Assembly: GCA_048128005.1 (NCBI GenBank)
Contig: JBEUKZ010000131.1
Span: 558,001 to 603,669 of the forward strand
DNA length: 45,669 nucleotides
Direction of reading: 5' to 3'
Source: Veleropilina oligotropha
Taxonomy: Eukaryota
Both the position numbers and the translations under genes were made by a program. This document shows positions 13,810-25,749 of this stretch, piece by piece (within the stretch, counting starts at the first letter, position 1; each line of letters begins with the position of its first letter). Below the pieces are notes generated by a model, which was given only the letters and a program-made list of their open reading frames with translations, was not told the DNA's origin and searched no databases.

Positions 13810-16321
13810 CAATGCAAACTAGAACAGGTCCATTCGTTGTACCCTTGTGGAAATCGGATTATTGTTATGGAAGAAGGGTTGCATGTTTACACAAGATTAT
13901 ATATTTCCCACTTTTGGGAGACCTACGCCTTTAATTATGAGATTTAATCTATTTAGAGCATTACCTACTATTTTTCATCTTCTTTCATATGTTTTTCGAG
14001 TTGGTTCTTAATAATTTTGTAGTCCTGTTATTCGAATCACAGTATATGCTTTTTAAATGATGCTTTCAAATGGGTCGAACTGATATTAAATTTGCCGGAA
14101 AAATTCTAAATTAAGATATTCCGACTGGCAATGGTACAACCAATGACACGTTCTAAATAAGCAACAATTAACAACAATGTTAATAGGTCTCCTTAATTAA
14201 TAATAACAAATATCAAGACACACCCAGAAGTCATATGACGTTATTTTACAGGTTGACTCCCAGATGCAATGCTATGGTGAGAATTATTATGTGCGGTCTG
14301 TGCATATCGAGTGACGCGCACGCTCGCATACTCTTATACTCCATGAATGTATATATACAGATGCATAGTATATACATAGTGGACAAGGTACTTGAAAATG
14401 ATCATTGTTTCAACATAGCCACATCAGTTATTAAGGCAAGGAATTTTCATATATATATATATATATATATAATAAAATTATAAACTATTTTTGTTAAAAA
14501 AGCCTTAATATAACTGTTGCATTATCTACTACGGTACTTTATACAATTTTGTCGACAAGGTCGTTTACCGCAGCATCTCACAAACATTATGTATCGAACC
14601 ATCCCATCTTCAGAATGACTAGTCAGTTACTTCATATCTCTAATGAAGCCATTATCATTTTAAATAATTGTCAGGAAAGTGTGCTATAAAATTCTAAAAC
14701 ATTATTTGGAAATGTTTCTGGATATATAGGAACCTGTCAATAAAAGAAAATATGGGCATGGAAAACGAATGCTATTTTCACGATCGATGAATAGAGTACT
14801 TGACATGTGCATACCGTGTTGTGAAAATACCCGTATGCCAGATTAGATGCTCATGGAAAAGCAATGCCAAAATGGTCCATTAAAACACCACTATATCGCA
14901 ATGACACCACTATAGGAATGCATTAAATAGTAATATATGCTAAATGCAGTTTCTCTTTGGCGATGACGACACACACATGACAATGACAGTATGGTTAGTG
15001 CGAATGGTTACACAAATTAATTATGATAGAAAACGGGAACGTTGAAAAGAAAAAAAAATTCTTTAACAAAATTCTGTAAACATTTTATGGTACTGGGCGC
15101 CATTCATAAAGTATTCTTGTTTTCATGACTGCGTATATTTCTATCTTTTAATATTTAAAAAAATTATTAAATATCGAATAACAACAGATAGCCAAATATC
15201 TCTCCTGAATTGCCGATTCTTCTGTATTTAAAAAGCTAAGCATTCAATCAATACGCATGCATGGACGAACATGCACGGTGAAACCAGAATTAATGTATCC
15301 ATGTTAGCAAAATATGATTAAATATTGATATTTATGAAGACCGTGTCAGTGACTTTGAATAAAGTTGTCATATTGGATCAATGAATTTGGCGTATTCCTG
15401 ATAAACAAAGCCAAAAATTCACAATGAATTGAAGCGTATTTGACCAGTTCTTAATATCACATAGTCTGATTAATGGTTTTAATAACACGATAAGAACTTT
15501 TGAGACTAACAGCATACCTTTCAACAGATGAAAGCATCCGAGCTAAACGGTAGGCCTAATTAGACCTTGTCTCTGTCCCACAGTACGTTTGATCTAAGAT
15601 GTTCTGCAGCTGAATCATACCGTTACTCTTGGAAACGGCTGGCTTCTACTGACGTCATATCCACTGCATTATTATCACATATCCGTTGCTATAGTTACAA
15701 AAGCAGATTTTTGTTTGTACTATTGTAGCATCTTTGAGTGTAATTATCTTGAGCACATAAAAAATAAAGGAAGTAATGTCAAATAAAAATGTTTTAAAAT
15801 AAATAACATTTCTTGGAATTGATATAATTTACACATGGAATGTCCCAAGTTCAACAATACAAAATCGGTAACCATCACATTAAACTTAACAACCAGAACA
15901 ACACCATTACCATATATGAATCGAGACGAATCGTACGTTTTTCCAACGAAAACGGAATGTAATAATATACCTTGTTCTGACAGTTAATAAAGTTTACGAA
16001 AAAGTAACCAATAAACATTGCTAAAATCACCATTGGTCATTCGATTAGATTTATCACAGTGCATATTCCGTGCACACGGTTATTTTACATAATGGAATCG
16101 ACACTATCATTAAATGCATTATTCATAAGCAAATCGAATAATACATAAAATCGAAAGGTTCAAAATTTTGTTATGTATTTTTGTTCCTTGACGTAAAATT
16201 CATTTTCAATATGTATATATATTTTAAATTGCAATAGGGTCAAGGTCAAAGGCTTCTTTAACATCCGAAATAGTCGCAACTAATAAATGACCTGTGGGTA
16301 CATAAATTAATAACATAATAT

Positions 16322-16747
16322 AGAGGATATCGAACGGGTGTCCATTTCATATGAGAATTATGAAACGAGTCAGGCACAATTTATGTACCGAGCCTTGGCG
16401 AGATACATAAATTTGCTGACGAGTTTCATAATCCTCATATGAAATGGAAACAAGTTTGATATCTTCTTTATAACATGACTTTATTTACCTTTAAACTTAT
16501 TTTATTACGTTTTTAATCTCATTTCTTTACGTATTTAAACTCATTTCTGTCATTAATTTCAGTCATTAAACGGCCTGCCTCAGACGCATCACGCCTCGAC
16601 AGCAAGTGCCACTTAATCAACTTGGCACCAGATGCAACGACATGGCGTCATGCTCGCCCTCATTTGCATACTTATGCCATGTGTCTTTTCGTATCGAAAT
16701 TTATGGAACGGCTTCTACCGTTCCATAACAGCTTTGTCATGTGATAA
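16322..16747 (+). mobile_element. Palindromic non-autonomous element with A-A'-b...b' architecture (possibly Crypton-type)
   Basis: Hairpin at 16322-16467, then TTATAACATGAC (16468-16479) inverted to GTCATGTGATAA (16736-16747). An 11-bp stem hairpin sits at 16701-16728. Confidence 0.7.
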
Positions 16748-16775
16748 ATATAGATATTAATGATGTTGTTGGATC

Positions 16776-18033
16776 ATTACCCTCGCCTCCGGAGGAGAAG
16801 AGAGGGTATTGCAATCGGCTCCGTATGTATACATGTCTCTATGTATGTATGTATGTATGCATGTATGTCCATTCGCATAACTCGAAAACTATTGATACGG
16901 TTTACTTGAAATATTTACACAAGATAAAGTTTATCCGTGGCTCGGTCCTCCTCGAAGATGGTCCGGATTGTACCCGAGTTCGGATTTTATTACGCAATAT
17001 CCGGTTTAATCATTTTCGGCTGTAGCGTTAAAGCTCTTCGTCGTACAAACTTCAAATTAGGCTCAAAATGTTCTTTAGATCAGGGTCCAATGACAACACT
17101 AATTATATAGAATCTACCTCACACAAGATGGCCGCTAGGGGAATTTAAAATTTAAAAAATAGGCGGTCAAAGTCTAATTCCGCCAAATCGAATTAAATTG
17201 TGTAAATTCGTTATGCAAATGGTAGTCCTGATGAAATTATAATGATATCAGCAAAAATATTTAGAAAATAATGTGAAATGTGAAATTTATAAGCATTTCA
17301 CAAATCAACCAAAGCAAAATGCAATAAAGGGCCGTAAATCGGCAACCATAGACCCCAGACACCTGAAATTTTAACAAGTGTCAGAGTGAGACATTATCTA
17401 CAACTATTCTTGATATATTTTGTGTGTTCGAGCGAATTTGTAACAATAATTTTTGCTCCGAGCTTAATATCGTCGAGGCGTTGCAATATTTGTGATTGCT
17501 CTTTATATACTGCTAACGTGGTGATATAATTTACACCATTAAGCAAGGTTCCCGTAATCTACCTTTCTTTTGAATTTCAGGTATATAGCTTTAGTAACTA
17601 TTGAGTTATTGCGAGTTAAATATTGTCACTTTCGGCAAAATTTGCAAATACAGAAATCGAACACCAAATATATATATAGCCTACAATATCAGCTATATTT
17701 AGGTAAGAGGTCGAAATCACGGAAAACGTGGAAGACCTCGTTAAAATCGAATTAAACAACAAACAGCTATATTTAGGAATGTACGAATAGCGCAAACGGT
17801 TAAAGCGTCGTTGATTAATCTTGAGGTCAGGGGTTCGATTCCCGTTACCTTCCAAACAAATTTACATTTTTTACATAAGTTTTGTTATTACTAGAATTTT
17901 GTTATGATTTGTCATCACATTATTATGATTATAATTCATGTTCAGAAATATTAATTGTAAACATTTCTGCTTTCACCGTCGTCTTCCTTAGCCCCGGGGC
18001 GAGGGTTTGCAATCTCCTCTAATTGCTCTTGTT
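16776..18033 (+). mobile_element. Helentron-associated interspersed element (HINE, DINE-1-like)
   Basis: subTIRs ACCCTCGCC (16779-16787) / GGCGAGGGT (17998-18006), a 5' palindrome, (GTAT)n, and a 3' hairpin GCAAT..ATTGC followed by TCTTGTT. Confidence 0.75.
17781..17853 (+). pseudogene. tRNA-like sequence inside the HINE
   Basis: A-box-like TAGCGCAAACGG and B box GGTTCGATTCCC at tRNA spacing. The anticodon arm does not fold cleanly. Confidence 0.55.
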
Positions 18034-18470
18034 ACGTATGTTTCTTCACCTCGTACTGTTATGCCAAGCTATGACTAGCCTAATTGTGACACCATGTGGG
18101 TTTTGAACATTTATCTGGCGACATCGATAGAAGTGGTTAAAACCTTCGTCTAGAAACACTGATACAATTCAATTCCAAGCATTGTGATAGTGCCTCTCAT
18201 TTCACACATAGACATGTACAGTGTCAATAAATAGGATAATTCAACGACAATGATATGATGGAAAAGTAACAAAATATATAAAATTGTGCCTACATATTTC
18301 ATTAAATTCTCTTCTTTGATGAATCTATGTCCTTATAAATTAGCATAACTGGTTTCGCGGCTTGGAACAGTATGAGTAAAATGCAGATGGCGAAGGATGT
18401 GACGTAAATGACGGGAGGAGAATCTCCCAATCAGTGACGCTTTTATGTTTGCAAGATGCTCAGTAGCTTG

Positions 18471-19674
18471 TCATACATTACTGTTGTCGTCGCTGATTGG
18501 ATTAGAGTGCTTAAAGAGAGGCTTGTTTCGATAGTGATTCCATAATTGAAGAATCAGTTCCGACACAAGTACATCATTTGCATTTTTGCCAACAAGACGT
18601 AGTACAAACACACCATCTTGCCTCAAATATTGCTCCGAAAATTTCACAGCCATTTTTTTATCCAGCTCAGATTTATAAACCTCATTAATCCGCAGAAACT
18701 TTTTGAGGTATCTGATCCGGTGCTGACGAAATATCATTGTATAACTCCAGATGACTACATTAATCGCACTTAGAGCCGCAACAAACACTAGCCAAAACCA
18801 GATAAAGATAAATATCTTTTCATTGAAAAGATTTATCGGTAGAACACACTGAACCGTATATTCGTGGACATTGTTCAACTGACGTATTTCAAAATCACAT
18901 AAAGTTACGCGCGGGAATATGGGTGAGTCATCCCAGTCTATCCCACGTATAAGATGGCTGATGACGTCAAAGCCGTAGATATTATAGTTCGTACCTAAGA
19001 ATTTGTTGAGAATAAATAACTGCCCAATCGCGTTAGACAGATATAATAATTTTATGAACATATAAATAGTCACTAGATAGTTTCCATATCTCTTTCCCCA
19101 CACGATACAGCAGTATTTGGATATAGTTTGTCGCAGACGTATAAAGCAACCGGACCTGTATTCTCGAGCATTTTCGAGCCATCGGTCCATATAGCGCACG
19201 ATGTGCTTTATTGTCCGCTCGCGGTCCTCTTGCGCTATGTACTGTGTTTCCGACGCTAACGTCACGATTCGGTCCAAATTCACACCGGACGATGCCGTTA
19301 AAATCCGCCACAATATGCAAGGGACCTTGAAGAGCAAAGCCTGGAACAAAAGTATCATAGGTACCCACTGATAATACCCAATCTCCTTGTCCGCCTTCGG
19401 GAGATGGTGCTTGGGTATGCTCTCCTCAAAAGGAATGTAGTATGTATTCGAAATCCAACATACATTGTTCGTGTAGTCCACTTGGGCTTCCGTAAATTGC
19501 GCTGGGCACCAGCAATGAATAGGTTCGCCGACATACTGTTTCGTGCTGACGACGATGGTGAAGATGATCAGGATGATTGTAGTGTACAGGTGGTTGAGGC
19601 GGTCGATCCAGTCATCGTCGTAGCGTCCTTTCAGACGAGCATACGTGGCAAAGCTACCCAGCACGCTGTCTAGC
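18471..19674 (-). CDS. inx: Innexin (gap-junction protein, unc-9-like), main coding exon of about 400 codons
   Basis: Intact frame with DDxxDRLN, IHCWCP, CWISNTY, the YYQWV signature, FPRVTLCDF, QCVLPINLFNEKIF and four hydrophobic segments. The tool's start is a GTG. The exon begins after the acceptor TTTCTCATTCTTTCCTTGCAG at 19674 (phase 2: G CTA GAC AGC GTG). Confidence 0.97.
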
Positions 19675-20957
19675 CTGCAAGGAAAGAATGAGAAACGTTA
19701 TAAGTTAATATTGGCACCCAAGGTTATCAGAGAAATTTGAAGAAAATATATATTGCTCATTCATAAACATGTTCAGGATTGTTTGTGATGACATAAAATG
19801 GTAATGTATGAACTCAAAGGATCATCACCGCAATACAACTACATGCAATTGAGGATAAGTGCAATTGACATCGTCTGTCATTATTAAATAGTGCCATACA
19901 ATCCAAAATAATTACATAGCGTTTCGCACTAGGGGACCCTTATACACAATACATAACGGCAATATAATAGATTTGTATGCATTTGAGAAATAATATTCAT
20001 ATGACGCGCTTGCCCAATAATACAATGCACCGTCGAGATCCAAGTAAGGTTGCGTTTTGGTGCCGGGATCTATGGCAGACATACGTTCAGAACCTTATTA
20101 AAACTCAAGTTAACATATTTTGTTATTATCGCAAAAGGATAGAGAAAAATGTGAAAGTATGTTCTTGTCCTTAGAGAAGCTTCATTTCTTATATTGATCA
20201 GTGTGCACATTATATGCCCACAGAAAATCGTAGTTTATAAAAAATGAATTCTCTGTTTCCGGCAGATTAATCGCCTATAGGCATAATGGATTTCTTGTCA
20301 CCGGGAGCCGGAGGGAAGTTGGTTGATTAGCGGGACACAAGGCGAGGAGAATGGACAAATTTACAGGGAGCACGTTATTGTATTAACTAATATATATATT
20401 TATCCAGCTCGAGGGAACAATTAACAATCAACGGCATTGAGAGACGACGAGATTCAGTCGCCAGGGGGATAGCACTCTCAAGGCGACACAAGATGCGCAA
20501 AATCATAACGTATCTTGCAAAGAATGAGCGCCACTTGAGATGGATTTTGCATGTACCAGTAGGTCGCGTGTCATCATCAGTTAATTATCAAGACAGAAGA
20601 TGTCGATAATCCACGACGTACACCGAATAAAAAGTTCACATTCATTTAGGTAGGAATTGATGTAATTTAATTTAAACAGAAATTGTGCTTATTTGAAACC
20701 TTGTTATTCATAAGGCCCAATACAAGAAGACATAATTAACTACTGACAGACGTTTCTGTGACAAACCACAAGCTTTTCCACAAATTTCATATTCAACAAT
20801 AAGACAATGACAAAGTTTAAGATCTAAAATGTATTTAATTTAACATGCTTTCCATTGTAAATTGAAGATGCATCACTGCATTCATATAAAGACAATGGAA
20901 GAATGACAAACATGGTATAACACGAAAACTAGAATCTCTTATGCTTATATTTATCCA

Positions 20958-21407
20958 TTTTTATGTCTTGACCTTTTTGACAAAAAAGGACAAGACATTA
21001 TCAAATGGTCCGTGTGTATATACATATATACTTATATATATATATATCCGCTGATTTTCTCGAAAACTACTGAACCAATTACCCTGAAAATTGGTAACAC
21101 ATTCCCAAGATTACTTGTAGGTCGTGTATATAACTTTCGCGACATAATTTTGCAAAAATATGCATTTATTAGGCACTTTTATGCATATTTGTATATAGCG
21201 TATGTCTAATATTGCAAGCAAAGAGCAATGACGTCATTACGACGTCGCTTTAGATTAATCGTCATTTGGGGACGTCACAATCGACGGGGTAGTAAATTAA
21301 GCCATGAAAGCTTGCACTTATATAGCCATTGTAACGTTATAACTGTTATGAACATTTGACGGAAATAAAGAAAGGTCAAGACATATTCCGAACGCGTCGT
21401 TCTTGTT
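20958..21407 (+). mobile_element. HINE (non-autonomous Helentron)
   Basis: Perfect 15-bp subTIRs TATGTCTTGACCTTT (20962-20976) / AAAGGTCAAGACATA (21371-21385), a 5' palindrome, a TA-rich microsatellite, and a 3' hairpin GAACG-CGT-CGTTC followed by TTGTT. Confidence 0.85.
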
Positions 21408-21989
21408 CAATCATAATCGGGTCGATCAACTTCAAATGATGATGCCATGGTAACCGCGTCCATCACGAGATCAGCTCCGGAACACCCGAGATGGATTTAG
21501 AGAACCATGCGTTGATATCCGGAGTCATAAGCACACAACCATACAGTCCCCCAAACAGGGAACACTAAATATATATATAAACAGAATAAGGTTGTGATGT
21601 CGTTTATCATATGGATATCTACTTGTTCGGTGTAATATAAATGTATAATTTGGCGTTGTTAATACTTTCCAATATTTCCCATTTAAATTGATGACTGAAT
21701 GTGGACATAAGATTAATGTTTTTGTTCGTAACAGGTATTACATTAAGTGATTATTATTCATCAAATTCCGCATTAATCCTCTCACTAGCCAATGCGTAAT
21801 TTTAAACACTTATCCGACGCATTTAATGTTATATGAGATAATGGTGGATGAGGCGTAGGCGTCTAATTAATCTTTAAATCGATACATCGGAGTCTTAGAT
21901 GAATCACAACCAGATTATTCAGCTTATTATGTGTTCTTGTGACATCAGATGAATGTTGCAGCCAACAAGTTTTGTGTTTAAACTATTGA

Positions 21990-22132
21990 ATATCATACAA
22001 CAAATAATCCAGACTGATCATAAAAAACATATCATATCTCTTTGTATTATATAACACCTTGTTCGATATGTTATATACAATAAAGAGATATGATATGTTT
22101 TAGTGGTTAGTCTGGTTAATGTTTTATGATAT
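21990..22132. repeat. Degenerate palindrome of about 143 bp (old foldback element)
   Basis: AAAACATATCATATCTCTTT / AAAGAGATATGATATGTTTT core with outer CCAGACT / AGTCTGG. Confidence 0.75.
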
Positions 22133-25100
22133 CTATTCATTAATTCAAACACAAGCCTTATTCGATATATTTTATGAAGAACACGTTGCATGTTATATGA
22201 AATAACATCAATGTAGCCTTTGAAACTTCCATTATATAAATGAAATAAATGCGCGATGACGTAATCAAACTTAGCAATAACCCGTCACTCTGTCAATTTT
22301 TAGACACCATATACTTTGCACGTTGCACCCATGGCATTGCTACAGACGTATTATAACAGTACATGTAAACAGTCCATAATGTTCCCAGTTCCAAGGTCCG
22401 GCAAAACAGACGATGATGTATAACGGACCCTAATTTTTTTTGCTTTGAATTGAGGTTTATTATATCAACAAATACACGTGTTGGTTTAAAAACTTCAATC
22501 GGGTGTTTTACATGCTCTCCCGACTTCACACAATTATCTTCATTGTTTATAACTTATTTCGTTAAATACTACACATACACTCCTTCTCGGGACATTACAC
22601 AACAAAAACTGCATGCATTGTACTGTGACACTATCTGTCGGCACCAATCAGGTACAAATTCAGATCGACAGCGTCACAAGAGTAAATTACCAAATCCTAC
22701 ATCATATTTATAAGGACATGCCCACAGTATCGTGTTGGACATGCGCGACACTGAGGTGGCCACAGTACATGTAGATTATTCTACATGCCACATTTGGAAA
22801 TATTCACCTTGTCAGTTAAAATGTACTGTTAGTCATATTTTAAATCCATAGCAGACGACCGGATTAAATTGCAAATTGTTAAGCTTCAGTAAAACCATTT
22901 AATTATTTCATTCGCACACACATCTATGGAAAATATAAACAATCTGACTGTAAATAAGGATATCTGAAGCCCTTTGTCTCCTATTGAACTAGTGGAACGA
23001 TAAATCAAAATTAATGGAGGCATAATATTTTAACTACAAAGGCGCACTTGTTAATAATGTGCGTCTTTCAATGTTAATATTTAATGCATTATGTTCGTTT
23101 CTCTGTCAATAATCGATGCCGAGTTTTGTCTCATTGTTACCATGGCAGACCATTCGACTAGAACAATCGGCACAATTTTGGAACTATTATAATATTTATC
23201 ATATTCTGTCAGTTATGCAGCGCAAGTTGCCGAATAGTTCAGATTGGCAAGAAAAATATCAATAGCTCTGCGAGAAGTAAGCGCTGTTTACTCAACCAGG
23301 CTCGCCTTGACTATTTACTTTTTGATATTCTTCCACGCGGTGTACATAGGATAATTTCAGTTGATAGTCAATTTATTTACTCATCATCGGTGACCTACTT
23401 TCAAGCAATGTTTACATTACCAATATCGGCGATGGAATCTGTCAAATGAAGATGTATTTATTCTATATTAAATTAATGGCGAGGAAACAAAATCTGACAA
23501 TCGTCAATACATGGACGTCAGATGTGAAAGCAGCGCGTATGAATGGACACAATAGTTACAGACACACGATGCATTTAATAGTAAATGTTTACGCCGTGTT
23601 CATCCACTGTGTTCAATGCGTATTAATATTGCATTAAGGCTTATCGAGAAAGCGCATGGGGCTGGTGATACAAGTCTTCGCGAAAATCTGGTTCACGCGG
23701 ATTCGATTGAATCTCAAGTAAGATATTCTACTCTTGAGATATTATATCGTCGCGCGATATCAGTAATGCATCGTATGCGATAACACTGTAATGTCGATAC
23801 AAACAGCGATGATATTACCAAGGTTGTTAACATAAAGAAGTTCGTTGTGTCATCACAAACTATCATCAAGCAGTCCAAGAATTGCATGTGGAGTTTTAAA
23901 CGATTAATGCCAAAGAGAAATTATGCAAACACCAGAAATTCATCTTCAATAACACAAAAACGCACAATTTATATCAATGATTGATATACGCCGATCCTGA
24001 CATAAAGAAAACCCACCATCCCGGTATTTGTCTTATAGTTATTTAATACACGGGCATCTGTAAAAGCTTCTGAAATTGATACTCTTATATGATTTTGAAT
24101 ACGTGTTCCAAATAATGGCACGCAAGGCTATTATATAACCTTATTAGCATAATATATATGATTAAATAAAATAACATCATTGTCCATGATGGAGAGTCGG
24201 CGACTGTATTCGAAATGGAATGCAAAATAATTCAGTTTAAAATTTATCTACGCAAACATTTAATTTATGTGATTGCGTAGATATAAAATATAAGCACGTT
24301 ACTATTAGCCAAAATGCATGTAAAGATCACGATCTGTGATGTAAGAGCAAACTCGCTATGATTCATTTAGAAAATCCATTTCATTGCGATGTAGCTGGTT
24401 CCTCGATCATTAAAACCTACGATATTTGAGTTTATTACTCCCAAAACACAAATAAATCTACAGACAATTGGGGTTTTCTTCTGAAACATCATTAAACCTA
24501 ACGACTTTGAGGTCGTCTTCTGACGTAATTAATACATACACACTTCTGTCTGACCCTATATCATGCTCTTGCATGCAGCGTAATATGTGAAAATACCCCA
24601 TAAATCCTAAAATATTATATGAACAGCCAATCGATGTTGTATCTAGTATTCAGATGCTTCCGTACAACATTCGTATGAATAGCATCCACTGTGTCTGGCA
24701 CGCAACATTTAGGATGCATGGTTTCGACAGACGCATGGGATAGGTATTCCTGTAAAAGATAAAGAGAGAACAACTGCATGTTGTCTACGTCGTCTTCGAA
24801 TATAAGATGCAAATAGAAAAAAAATTCTCAGGTATTTAATTAATAATTGTTCATCTCAACGTACATGTTTTCTTGTTGTTAATAAAATATTCATACCGTG
24901 TTTTTCACTGGCTGTCAAGGTGTGAAAATCGTAATATAAGTAAACAAAACTTGACATTTTGATGTTTGTGGAGTTCATCGAAAAATATAATCTGGACCAA
25001 CACCCTCTAAGAATCTTATCTTAATTTAATGATCTGTAATCGTTAAATCTTGAATAATAGACAAAAACATTAATGAAATATGAATATAATATAGATGATA

Positions 25101-25235
25101 TAATATCAGTTCAAAATACTGCAATCAAAGGGCTTGACATATTCGCCATATCTAGCGTTACATATAGACATTCGGGTCTCAAATGAAAGGTCTGCGCTAA
25201 ATATTACAACGACCTAAAAACTTAAAATCTGACTT

Positions 25236-25320
25236 CAATCAATCAATCAGTTTATTTAATATATAATAATATCAATAATAACCCCTGTAATGGTTTCACA
25301 AACACCATACAGGTTCCAAA
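25236..25320 (-). mobile_element. Isolated CR1-type LINE/SINE 3' tail
   Basis: The reverse strand has a hairpin CCTGTATGGT..ACCATTACAGG, then AATAAAC and (TGAT)3. Confidence 0.45.
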
Positions 25321-25749
25321 AAGTCGCAACAAACTTTCATTGACAACATCCAGAATCACGCATCCACAAACTTCGACTTTTGACCACGTTACGAGCAGCA
25401 ACAACTTGGTAATCCAGTTTTTAATTATGCTTCATTTTCAATAATAAGGTGACATATTATAGTAAAGTACGTTAATTTCGTTGTCAACATGGCCCTCAAG
25501 GAATGCGGGCCATGTACTGCTTATTTGAACTCATTTACAAAGATATTATTATTTTATCTCCGTGCACTGCAAATTATAATAGCATCACCTATAAAGAACC
25601 TCTGGTGTGATGATGTACCACAACATGCTTATTAGGTACAGACGATGATCTCTTATAAACGAATCACTTATACCGGAGTAAAGCAAGGATACCAACATAA
25701 GCCAACAGTTGCATTGACCATTCGACGCTTCTTATTGAAGTCCTAGGAA

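Noticed and set aside
19033..19673. Alternative-frame and antisense ORFs over innexin
   Set aside because: Shadows of the real CDS.
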